64,000 bases of DNA, taken from Euglena gracilis (Eukaryota). Below are positions 38,740 to 48,400 of this stretch, one piece after another. Location: positions 40,293,572 through 40,357,571 of the forward strand of contig CP154954.1 in assembly GCA_039621445.1 (NCBI GenBank), in the 5' to 3' direction. A program made the position numbers and the translations under genes. The notes under the pieces are model-generated. The model did no database searches. It was not told the DNA's origin and saw nothing but the letters and a program-made list of their open reading frames with translations. The first letter of the stretch is position 1; each line of letters starts with the position of its first letter.

Positions 38740-38919
38740 CTTGCGAAAGGTGGAGGAGGCAGAGTGTCGTTTTATCACCAGCAAGGAGCGGTGCCTGGCG
38801 CTGGGTGGCCACAGTTGGACTGCTTTCAAGCCCCGTATTGAGAATTTCCAGATGTTCTGATTGTTCCCCAACTGGGGGGTGCAGTACCCGCAACTGACGG
38901 ACGGCTTTGCCTGGACAAG
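38740..38919 (+). pseudogene. Exon-like remnant of an unknown multicopy gene; MITE-free paralogue of the exon in the 1.5-kb units
   Basis: TTCTCAG acceptor and AG|GTGTGGCA donor; AFKPRIENFQMF*LFPNWGVQYPQLTDG aligns with [28 protein letters not shown] at 54 kb. Confidence 0.5.
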
Positions 38920-40764
38920 GTGTGGCAACCTGCAGCCTCTCCAACCTCCCATGTTGCTAGGGCAGTCCACAGGGGACCGGATTTTTGCTTTTTTTTGTCG
39001 CATTAAGGACCGCGCTTCAAGGTCTTGCCTTTAGGCCCAGTAGCCGGCCAAAGGCCGGACTGGGGCCTGACGAGATCAAAAATCGAAATCAAAAAATTTT
39101 CGATTTTTTTTGAAATGGGTTCTCATTTTTCCAAAGAATTTGGTGGCATTTTTTTTGCATGTTTTCCTTTTATTTCCACATGAAAAATCTTCCAGAAAAT
39201 CATTAACTGAGCATTTTTTGGTTTATTTTCAACGATGAAACAGGGATTTCCCAACAACTTTGGTGTTAGGTTCAGCATGCATGTGACCAGCCAAATGACC
39301 CCTCACCGGTCCATCCCCCCCATTCTCTCAGGTCGTTCCAAGTGTTCCCCGGCAGGAGGTATGTTTTTTTGGCCACCCCTGTTCTTTGCCATTGTATTGC
39401 CTGCCATTCACTGGCTTGTTTGCTGAGGGCTGCCCCCCCCCACCCAAGGCAGTACGGGAATCGGCGAAGCAGCCACGGTCAACCCCCTCCCCCCCAACAA
39501 CCAGCTGTATTCCCGGCAGCACCAATTTCGACCCCCCAATGAATTTTCCCCGCGGCTTTTGCGCCAGGCGGGTTTGTTTTAAAAAAATCTGTGGAAATGC
39601 TGTGGTGTGGGGGGTCAACCACCCCCCCACCGTGGGGGGTCAACCACCCCCCCCCCCACCGTGCTTTCCCGTGCAGTCCTGTCCCAGCATCGCCATCCGC
39701 ACACGTTGCGATGCGTTGCGCTCTTGTATCATAGAACGTTAAAAATTAACCAATAACCTGAGAATAAAGCAAGTGTCACCCATAACCTTGAAGAACAAGT
39801 TGATTAATTCCGCCCGCATTATTTTCTGTTTCAAAGAGCAATTTGTGGATGGTCTGACCCCCACCTTCCTGCAGTTTGAATTTGGCGGGGGAGGTTCCAG
39901 GTGCCTGTGAAAACCAAAACTCAAATTCATTTTTTTTTGTTCGCTGTTGTCATTTGAAGCAAAAGGATCCACAATTTTTTTGGGTTTGTGTGCAGAAGTC
40001 TCTAAATCATTTGGCATTCTTCCTCCAGTCATCAACCGAGTCCATCATTTTATGAATCCATCTCTCACCTTTCTTGAACCCACAGCACCCCTCAACCAAC
40101 CACCCACCCACCTGAAATCCAGCCAAGATCGGCTGTTCCATGTTTGTGGGAGATTATCTTCCCAGAACTAATTGCAGACAACATGGGGTTGCACTGGGAG
40201 GAATTTTATCGCGCAAAAGAATGCGCCGGGGAGGGCGAGAGCCCCTCCCCCCCATTTCAATTTAACCTTGCTATCAGAGAGCGAAAAATCCCCCACACCA
40301 CTCCACACTGATGTGCAGGTTGAGTGGGTTCCGTAAAGATGAAGCAAGAAGTTAAATTGGGATCAGGGTGAAGCCCGAAATTCGAAGACGGTTTTTTTTT
40401 CTGGAAAAACACCAATTCGGGAAAATGAGGGTCAGAAAAAAAATGTTTCCCCTAAACGGGCCCACCCCATGCAGGGGTTTTTTTAAGACCGGGGGGGGTC
40501 CTCCCCCCACACACCCACCCCCCTGGGCCCCCCAGGGTTCGATATGAGGAGGGCGTACGTGGTTTAGGTGGGGGGGGTGTCCCCCCACCCCCCCCCCTCA
40601 TGGCCAGCAGGGGTGGTCCGGACCCCCCCCTGGAAAGGGGGGGGGGGGGGGCCCCCCACCTGTCCTTATATCGATCCCTGGGGCCCACGGGGGTGAGAGG
40701 GGGTCCTGGGGGACCCACCAAAAATGGCCGAAAAATCGCGAAAAGTGCTAAAAATAGAATTTTT

Positions 40765-42129
40765 TCAGCGCCTGGGGCGCCGAATCGGACTCCGGTGAAG
40801 AATGATCCAGGAGGAAGGGACAGCGAAGGCGGAGCACAAGACAACAGTGAGGTCCTGCTCTTCTTTCCGGCTGTTGTTCTTTGGTTTGTGGTGTTGGTTG
40901 TGGTGCTTCTTACTGCGATGAGTTGTCGGAGTAGGCGGACTCGGAGACGGTGTCGGACTTGTCGGTGGGCGGCGGCGGGTTGCTGGCCTGTCTGTGTGTA
41001 AATTGAAACTTCTTGGGGGGGGGCCCCCCCTTGCCGACTTTTTTGCTCTCTTTCGGGTCGGGGGGGCGGGCTCACTGTTGTCTTGTGCTCCGCCTTCGCT
41101 GTCCCTTCCTCCTGGATCATTCTTCACCGGAGTCCGAGACAGCTCCGGCTCCGCAAAAGACCCCAGTGAGGCTTTGTGCACCAGGTTTTGGACAGCAACC
41201 CCTGCTTTTTTGCCCGCCTCCAACCGCAAATAATGGGAAGAGAAAGCCTGCACATTTTTCCATTTCCCAATTTGGCACACCTCCTCAGAGGACAACCCTG
41301 CCAGTTTATACATGTATACTCCCGCCCCCCTGGTGGAGTGGGGGGCCCATTGGGGGGGCACCCCATGCTTGGTTAGCAACCGTTTTGTCAAACTCCCAAT
41401 GGTTTTTGCAGACAGGGGTGTAAAAGGAGGTTTCAAGCTCAACAATAGAGGTCCCCCAGGGGGGGTACAATGAGATGTCAAACTGACATATTTTTTCATG
41501 TTGAACCAGGGGCAAATATTGGGGCAGGATGGAATTTGGGGAATTTCTTCCCACTGAGTCTGTTTCCAACCTTTCCTCCTGACCCTGACAAACACTTTGC
41601 CATCAATCTGGGACACTGTCCTGAAGGTTCTGCTCAAGTCCACTGAACGATGCAAACAGATGAGTCGGAAACTTAAAATGACTTGGTCCCTCAGATCACT
41701 GAGGCACTCTGGGGGAGGTGCTGCTGCCAATTTCTGGAGTAATGACTCAGGATTCCAAAAGGAAGGGTACCTGGGGGTGGATGTATTCCATTGTCTCTTG
41801 TAGGGGGTCAACAGTGGTAAAAACCTTAACATGTGAAACCCAGGAAGCTGGACCACAGCACTGTAAGCATTTCTGGCCTGGGCCACACTGGATGCCAGAA
41901 GCGAATATGGTGTTGAGGTCCAGTTGGGACATGGACAAAAATAAAGGCAGAATATAGGAAAGGGGGGCTGGTAGGAAAGGTGCAATGAGGGGGGGATCTG
42001 CTGTGCTAGCGAATAAAATGCAGGGAGGGGGTGGCTGGGTGGGATCGAACATGTGGGGCAAGAGATTCTCAGAGCTGGAGTGTGTGGAAGGTGTTTTAAA
42101 CAGGGCCACCACAGACTGAGCAGGGGCAC
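40765..42129 (-). CDS. DIRS tyrosine recombinase (true start uncertain; frame runs on through the ICR and ITR)
   Basis: LICLHRSVDL (R), PHSTRGAG (HxxR), IGKWKN...SSHY (W...Y) catalytic motifs. Confidence 0.88.
   Translation of the reverse strand: MPLLSLWWPCLKHLPHTPALRISCPTCSIPPSHPLPAFYSLAQQIPPSLHLSYQPPFPIFCLYFCPCPNWTSTPYSLLASSVAQARNAYSAVVQLPGFHMLRFLPLLTPYKRQWNTSTPRYPSFWNPESLLQKLAAAPPPECLSDLRDQVILSFRLICLHRSVDLSRTFRTVSQIDGKVFVRVRRKGWKQTQWEEIPQIPSCPNICPWFNMKKYVSLTSHCTPPGGPLLLSLKPPFTPLSAKTIGSLTKRLLTKHGVPPQWAPHSTRGAGVYMYKLAGLSSEEVCQIGKWKNVQAFSSHYLRLEAGKKAGVAVQNLVHKASLGSFAEPELSRTPVKNDPGGRDSEGGAQDNSEPAPPTRKRAKKSARGGPPPRSFNLHTDRPATRRRPPTSPTPSPSPPTPTTHRSKKHHNQHHKPKNNSRKEEQDLTVVLCSAFAVPSSWIILHRSPIRRPRR
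41071..41170. other. Internal complementary region (ICR) of the DIRS element
   Basis: 41071-41137 is the exact reverse complement of 40785-40851; 41138-41170 is the reverse complement of 50707-50739 with 1 mismatch. Confidence 0.92.
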
Positions 42130-42430
42130 ACGTGCTGTTCCTTCTCAGAGACAGGGTTTGTGTGCCTTGCATAAACTCTCTGAAAACATGTTCCAGGGAA
42201 ACAGTTCAAAAGGTGCCTGAATCCCCGAAAACGGCTGATGCATCGCTTTTCATGGGTTTGACAGGGGCATTTCTGGGGAATGTGAATGCAAACATAAAAG
42301 GGGGTAACTTTGAGATTTTTTCCCATGGAACTAGACCAGGTTTGACTTTGTGTCCGTTCAACGTTTTGAGGGGCCAAGTGACTTGGGGGTGTGATTCCAT
42401 CAACATTTACAGGGTTTGATGATGGGGTTC
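42100..42430 (-). pseudogene. Possible degraded DIRS adenine-methyltransferase-like domain
   Basis: Frameshifted fragments MFA...PRNA, RVYA..NP and LWWPCL lie between RNase H and YR, where DIRS elements carry an MT domain. Confidence 0.35.
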
Positions 42431-44306
42431 ATGACTTTTCTGGGAATTTCTTCCCCCAGTCCCAACTGATTGTCCTTTCATAATGTTGAGGGATGTTGTC
42501 CCCCATTTTCAGGGGCTGTGCTGCTGGGTCTCCTGAGCAATAGTAGTATGACACTTGTTGTCCCTGGACACTGTGTCCCTGGCCAGAGACCGGACAGTTG
42601 AGATGGCTGCGATCAATTCTTTTACATTTATGATGGGAATCTTTTCGCCAAAATTCCTGCAATCGGGTTCCAGCTTGTAGGTCTAGGCCTCCCCAGCCAA
42701 AGGTTGAACTGTCTGACTCCAGGTGTCTTGTGGCTGGGCTGGGGAAAGGTCTCCCCCCCCATGTTTGCAGGATTTCCCTGACCTCTTGCAGTTGAGATTT
42801 CACCTCTGCAGAGATTGGAACTTGATGATCCCAGCCAAATTTTTCTTGTAGGTTGACAAAACCTACCAAAGTGTCTGTGAATGCCCGAAGGAAAGGTAGC
42901 CCCACCAAGAAGCTTCTTATGCATCCCAAAATTGAAGCCATTTTTTTTTTATTTAGGAACTGGTGGGTCACCAATTTTCCCAGTTCCCTCCGAATTAATC
43001 TCAACTTTTCTGTCCCCAATTGCAACTTTCCCTGTGCCAGGTTGAGGTGGAAACCCAAATGAGGAAGATTTTGGGTGGGCTGCAAAAATGATTTTTTGCT
43101 GTTGATTTTGAAACCCCCTTGCAGTAAATCTGCCAGCATGATGGCCAGTTGGTTGCTGACTTGCTTCTGGCTGTCTCCTATCAGGAGAATGTCGTCCAGG
43201 TACACAAAACATAAAAGACCTTTCGCCCTCCAACGTTTTTCCAGGCATTTCATTAAGCTCATGAATTTTTCTGGCAGCACATTTAATCCAAAACAAGCTG
43301 CCTGGAATTCCCAGCATGTGTCTTCTAAAGTCATTCGCATGTATGGTCTTAACGTTGGGTTCAGCATTAAATGAAAGTAGGCGTCTTTCAAGTCTACTTT
43401 CGCACCCCATTGTCCTTTTTTCAGGTGTCTGAAGATGACCTGGATGTTGTCCAGTTTGAAAGGGTGTGGGGAAAAGTGCTTGTTCAGTTGGCGACAATCG
43501 CTGATTAACCGATGTTTTTCTCCCTGAGGTTCTCTTTTGGAGATTACAAACCAAGGGATGGTGTGTTTGGTACCCTCCCAGGGGACTGGTTTTATGGCTC
43601 CTGCCTCGAAATAGTCCTGCAAAATACTTTTTGCCTTTTGAATTTCCATCTCTGATTTTGGCATGCAATATGTGCTGAGGGGGGGGGCTGATTCCCAAGG
43701 GGGGGTTACTCCCTGCGTGATGAGGTGCAACACCCTGGGGGGGGCAACTTTCTGCCACCATGGCAACTGGGCCTGAAGCCTCTGAAACAGGGGCACTCCC
43801 AGAAAGTGCTCCTCTGTCAGCAGCAGCACCTCGGTGATCTGTTCCACAGATCTCAAGCTTGCAGCTTCCCACAGCTTGCAAATGTCTTGACTTCTGCCCT
43901 TCAAGGTTGGTTGAATTCCTGGCACAATGCCCAGCTTTGGGGGACACAATGTCCGTTGGGGACTTGATGAGTTCTGATCTGAAAAGGAAGGAGCAATACT
44001 TCCTGGCAAGGTGTTGGGCAAACCATTTTCCTCCTTTGGACTTTCCTTTCCCCTTGGGGCCAGACCGCCATGGTCTCGGTTGCCAATTTGGTGTCCATTG
44101 CTTGAACTTCCACCCTTTTCCACCTGTGGCGGTGGGAAAATGCCACATGGGGAATGTGCCCATGAAGGGGGAACTGATACCCTCTTTGTTGATGCCAGCT
44201 TGGGCCTTGGCCATCTTGATGTCTTCGGGGGTGAACAGGCCATTCCCTGGCTGTATGGTCTGGGGGATGCTCCTCCTCTTCCTCTCCTTGACAATGTCTC
44301 CTTCAC
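42429..44306 (-). CDS. DIRS reverse transcriptase / RNase H (RNase H end damaged)
   Basis: KHRLISDCRQLN, KVDLKDAYFH, CFGL, FVYLDDILL, HLGF, LESDSSTFGWGG. Confidence 0.92.
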   Translation of the reverse strand: MKETLSRRGRGGASPRPYSQGMACSPPKTSRWPRPKLASTKRVSVPPSWAHSPCGIFPPPQVEKGGSSSNGHQIGNRDHGGLAPRGKESPKEENGLPNTLPGSIAPSFSDQNSSSPQRTLCPPKLGIVPGIQPTLKGRSQDICKLWEAASLRSVEQITEVLLLTEEHFLGVPLFQRLQAQLPWWQKVAPPRVLHLITQGVTPPWESAPPLSTYCMPKSEMEIQKAKSILQDYFEAGAIKPVPWEGTKHTIPWFVISKREPQGEKHRLISDCRQLNKHFSPHPFKLDNIQVIFRHLKKGQWGAKVDLKDAYFHLMLNPTLRPYMRMTLEDTCWEFQAACFGLNVLPEKFMSLMKCLEKRWRAKGLLCFVYLDDILLIGDSQKQVSNQLAIMLADLLQGGFKINSKKSFLQPTQNLPHLGFHLNLAQGKLQLGTEKLRLIRRELGKLVTHQFLNKKKMASILGCIRSFLVGLPFLRAFTDTLVGFVNLQEKFGWDHQVPISAEVKSQLQEVREILQTWGGRPFPSPATRHLESDSSTFGWGGLDLQAGTRLQEFWRKDSHHKCKRIDRSHLNCPVSGQGHSVQGQQVSYYYCSGDPAAQPLKMGDNIPQHYERTISWDWGKKFPEKS

Positions 44307-45048
44307 AGGCAGCTACATATGCAAATAGTTGTTGGCTCAAACCCAGAACGTCTTCAGGGGCTCCTTGCAATGTGCAGTGCAGTGCTGCCAAGATACGCAA
44401 AATGTTCAAAAACTTTTGCTGGACCGCACGTAGAGTGCGGTCATACCCACTCTTGCCATCCTGGCGGTGGTTGTTCTCTTCCGCTTTGGGCTTCAGGGTC
44501 TTCCAGGTGGGTATCTGTTCCAGCAAACTTCGTACTTCCAACCGTAGGTCCCCGGATTGTACCTGCGTCCATATCCTCTCCAGGTCCCCCGGCAGTGCCT
44601 CCTCGGCCGTCTGCCAGGGGAAGTCCTGGGCTTCCTCCGCCGCGCGCGCCGCCTCGTCGTCGCGATCCATCTCCGTCGTCGTCGTCGTCGCCGTAGTCCA
44701 CTTCTCGTACAGCTTGAAGGCCACGTCCGACGCTTTGTCGCTCAGCTCCAGTGACGGTATTGAGACGTTCTTCGTGAGGGCCAGGCTGTAAAGGTATGCC
44801 GCCAAGTATGGTTGAAGTGTAGACTCCACCATAGCCACTCCAGTGAGCTTCCGTACCGCAAGGGCGCAGCGTGTGGTATCCCAGCCGGCTCCAGTCCACT
44901 TCTGTCCTGACCCAATCGTGGCCATCACGGTGGTAGCGTCCGCATCTCGTAGGAAAGCTGTTGTCAGCGATTCTTGTAAGAATACTTTGCTCCACGCCGC
45001 TTCGAAGGCCTCTTGGTCAGTTTCGTCTTGCAGTTGTTTGAATTGCAT
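42949..45048 (-). CDS. DIRS gag-like protein, continuing as an open frame overlapping RT
   Basis: First ~350 aa are homologous to the second element's first ORF (PWQ, KAEENNH, QQLF, KERKRRSIP, NGLF, HFP.G.KG.KFK). Confidence 0.75.
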   Translation of the reverse strand: MQFKQLQDETDQEAFEAAWSKVFLQESLTTAFLRDADATTVMATIGSGQKWTGAGWDTTRCALAVRKLTGVAMVESTLQPYLAAYLYSLALTKNVSIPSLELSDKASDVAFKLYEKWTTATTTTTEMDRDDEAARAAEEAQDFPWQTAEEALPGDLERIWTQVQSGDLRLEVRSLLEQIPTWKTLKPKAEENNHRQDGKSGYDRTLRAVQQKFLNILRILAALHCTLQGAPEDVLGLSQQLFAYVAACEGDIVKERKRRSIPQTIQPGNGLFTPEDIKMAKAQAGINKEGISSPFMGTFPMWHFPTATGGKGWKFKQWTPNWQPRPWRSGPKGKGKSKGGKWFAQHLARKYCSFLFRSELIKSPTDIVSPKAGHCARNSTNLEGQKSRHLQAVGSCKLEICGTDHRGAAADRGALSGSAPVSEASGPVAMVAESCPPQGVAPHHAGSNPPLGISPPPQHILHAKIRDGNSKGKKYFAGLFRGRSHKTSPLGGYQTHHPLVCNLQKRTSGRKTSVNQRLSPTEQALFPTPFQTGQHPGHLQTPEKRTMGCESRLERRLLSFNAEPNVKTIHANDFRRHMLGIPGSLFWIKCAARKIHELNEMPGKTLEGERSFMFCVPGRHSPDRRQPEASQQPTGHHAGRFTARGFQNQQQKIIFAAHPKSSSFGFPPQPGTGKVAIGDRKVEINSEGTGKIGDPPVPK

Positions 45049-45455
45049 GATCAGCTTGAGTAATTTGGTTGCAGCTCCGTGCCAAAAGGACGATTATGAT
45101 CCGCCTACTCCGGCAAAGAAAAGCAGTAAGAAGCACCACAACCAACACCAAAAGTCGCGAAATAATTGGCGCAAAGTACATCGCGTGTGCAGGTGGGCAG
45201 AAGTGGATTGAGTGCGCTGATTCCTAAGCGCTCTCAACAACGCGCGACAAAGCTTTCTGTGTCTGGATTTGAAGTGCTTCGACCGAGTTTCGCGAAGCCT
45301 CAACCAACCCTCGTGCCCTGAATTCTTTGTTTTGCTTGACATCATCTGAGTTTTCTTTAGGAATACAGCTCTCTGATCTTCCACCTACAGTCCACTTCGT
45401 CAACTCCGCCCCTGCCCCCAACATCCGAGGACAGGGGGACGCCCCTGTTCCTCCC

Positions 45456-48400
45456 ATGTGTCAAGAGGCGCCCCATCCCGCCCGCCGCCCAGGGCCCCCA
45501 GAGGGGGACGCCCCCATCCTGAGATGCGCCCAAACCGTGAGCAGCAAAGGCAATGACCTGGGGGTGATGCCGCCAAGGCTCCCGCCCCCAGCGAGCCTGG
45601 GCGAGTCTCCCTGCTCCTCCCCCCCGAGGGCAGCTTCACCCCACCGACGCCCCCAAAGCACCAGCAGGCTGGCCCACACGTTAGCGGCGTTTTCGCTGGG
45701 CTGTGATCCGAGGGAGACGCCGCCAAGGATCTCTCCCTCGGTGAGCCCGGGCGGGCCTGTCCCTCCCCATGGTGCTGCCGCAGTCCCCACTGCTGGCCAT
45801 CCCCCCTTCCCGTCCCCGAGATGCGCCCAAACCGTGAGCAGTGAAGGCAATGACCTGGGGGTGATGCCGCCAAGGCTCCCGCCCCCAGCGAGCCTGGGCG
45901 AGTCTCCCTGCTCCTCCCCCCCGAGGGCAGCTTCACCCCACCGACGCCCCCAAAGCACCAGCAGGCTGGCCCACACGTTAGCGGCGTTTTCGCTGGGCTG
46001 TGATCCGAGGGAGACGCCGCCAAGGATCTCTCCCTCGGTGAGCCCGGGCGGGCCTGTCCCTCCCCATGGTGCTGCCGCAGTCCCCACTGCTGGCTCGCCC
46101 CCCCCTCCCACCCCAAGGCGTGCCCAACCCCGTCCCCACCACAGCCCACCCAGCACCATTCACTTTCGGCCTCCAACCTCAATCGCCACGATCCCGAGCT
46201 GCCTTTCGTCCCCTTCTTCTCCCGTCCTCTTTTGTCCCCTTTCCATCCCCTCCCTGGCTTTCCCTCCATGGTTCCACATTTGCGATCCAGGTCTTCAACT
46301 ATCCTCATTGCATTCACAAAGTTCATGGGTGCGGGACCTCTGCAAGGATGGAGATATCGAGTCAAATCCGGGGCCGACTTCACCTTCGGATCCTGGGGCA
46401 GCTTTCATGGCGGTGAATCAGTCAGCTGCGGTCATCAACCTAGCGCCTCCACCACCGTCTGCCTCCTCCTCTGCTTCCGCACCGGCAGGACCAAACCAGC
46501 GGGCACGTAAGCGAAGAGCTGAGCGCGGTCCAGATTCCTCAGATTCCGAGGAAGAGGGCCCAGGCCTTTTCCATTGCCCGTTTCCCCACTGCTGCAAGTC
46601 CCTCCGACACAGCTTTCAGGGTTGGAACACAAAGCGGCTCGCCACAAACCATGTAGCAATGGTCCACGTCGCCGCAGGAGAGATGCCTTCGTCTGTTTGG
46701 CTTCGGGACGCACAACGCTGGGTGTGTGGACATTGCCTCAAGCTCCTCCCAGAAGGCAAACGGTGTGCAGGTGAGAATTGCTACCGAGTGCGACCGGACT
46801 CCACCCCAACCCGTCTCCCTCCTGCAAGCCACCCACCACTAGCCCATGCAGCCGTGAGCTCATCCTCAAGCAACCGCATGCCTCCATCCACGCCATTGGA
46901 CGCACCGAATGCGCTTATGTCATCAGCAATTCACGAGATTCTGTCCACCACAAGGCCTCTGTTCCGGCACATCCCGCGTGCGGCTGTCACATTGTGGGGT
47001 GTGGCCTGGGCTGAGCTGCAACAGCGCCTCTGCTCTGAACGTTCGTGGGAGGCACTCCGAGACTGGGCCCTGTTCCAAAAGGTGACCCTCTGGTCGCCTC
47101 GAGGTGGCAAGGGCCACAAGGGACAAGCCGCCCAACTCATCAGATCACGAGTTGATCGCTTCAAGGCAGGAGACCTGGCTTCTTTGTGGGACGAGTTTCG
47201 CCAAGGCATCCCTCGGCCGGACCGCAAGAAGAAAAAAAGCACGGCATTTCCATCCCTGGAGGACAAAGTGGACAGGCTGCAGGAAGCCCCATTCCTGAAC
47301 ACGCTGCGGGGCTTGATGGAAGATGGAGCATTTGGCAAGGCAGTGCGCCATCTCATGTCTGATGGGTTGCACGATCCGTTGGACCACAAGGTGCAGGCAA
47401 AGCTCAGAGACCTGCATCCCAGAAGGCCAGAAGTCATCGTGGTGGAGCCTGTCTCCAAAGTGTTTCCATTCCCGAAGGAGGAATCCTCTCAAGAGCAACA
47501 TGACTTGAATAAGTTTCTCCGTGAGACGTTACTCTCTTTTCCAAGAGCAGCCGCAGCAGGCCCAGATGGACTCCGACCCCAACACCTCCAGGACGTCGTG
47601 CGTGTGGACGCCGGTGCAGCAATGGTGTTGGCAGCGCTGCGCACGTTCTCCAAAGCGGCCCTGGAAGGGTCACTGCCAGCACAAGCAATGCCATTCATCT
47701 CATCGGCCAGCTTGATTCCATTGCGGAAGGACGGCCCCAGTGGCAGTCTGAACATTCGCCCCATTGCAGTGGGGAACACCCTCCGCCGCTTTGTGGGCAA
47801 GTTCGCCATGACCTCACCGTGTGTCAAGCAACGGGCATCAGAGCTGCACCCGCATCAATGCGGAGTCACCACCGAAGGGGCTTGTGAGACCATAGCCCAA
47901 GGGGTGCAATCATTTGCAGAACACGGCCAAGGAGACACATGGGCTATCCTGCAAGTGGACCTACAGAACGCGTTCAACGCAATTGACCGGCAAGCCCTCC
48001 TGAAAGCAGTCCGCAATCGGGCCCCAGAGCTTGAGGCATGGGCACGTTTGTCTTACGCACAGCATTCCGCCCTCTACAACCATGGACACCGTATGACCAG
48101 TGAGCAAGGAGTGCAGCAAGGAGACCCTTTGGGTCCCCTCTTCTTTGCATTGGCGTGGCAAGATGTGGTCCTGGCGCTGCCCAAAGGTTTGAAGATGAAC
48201 GTGTGGTATCTGGATGATGGTCACCTCGTGGGTTCCATGGACACCTTGGCCGCAGCTTTGGCAACCATCAGCCTGAGTTCTGCACATCTGGGCGTGCATC
48301 TCAACCTCCAAAAATGTCGCCTGTGGGGTCCTGCACAGACACCGACATCGGATGGAAACCATTTCGATTTGTTGCGATCAATCCCCCGAGTACCTTGGAT

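Noticed and set aside
45151-45203. Spliced-leader RNA gene as the LINE target
   Set aside because: No match to the euglenid, diplonemid or kinetoplastid SL exons I know.
45204-45520. HDV-like ribozyme at the LINE 5' end
   Set aside because: I could not build the nested double pseudoknot; only a simple hairpin is evident.
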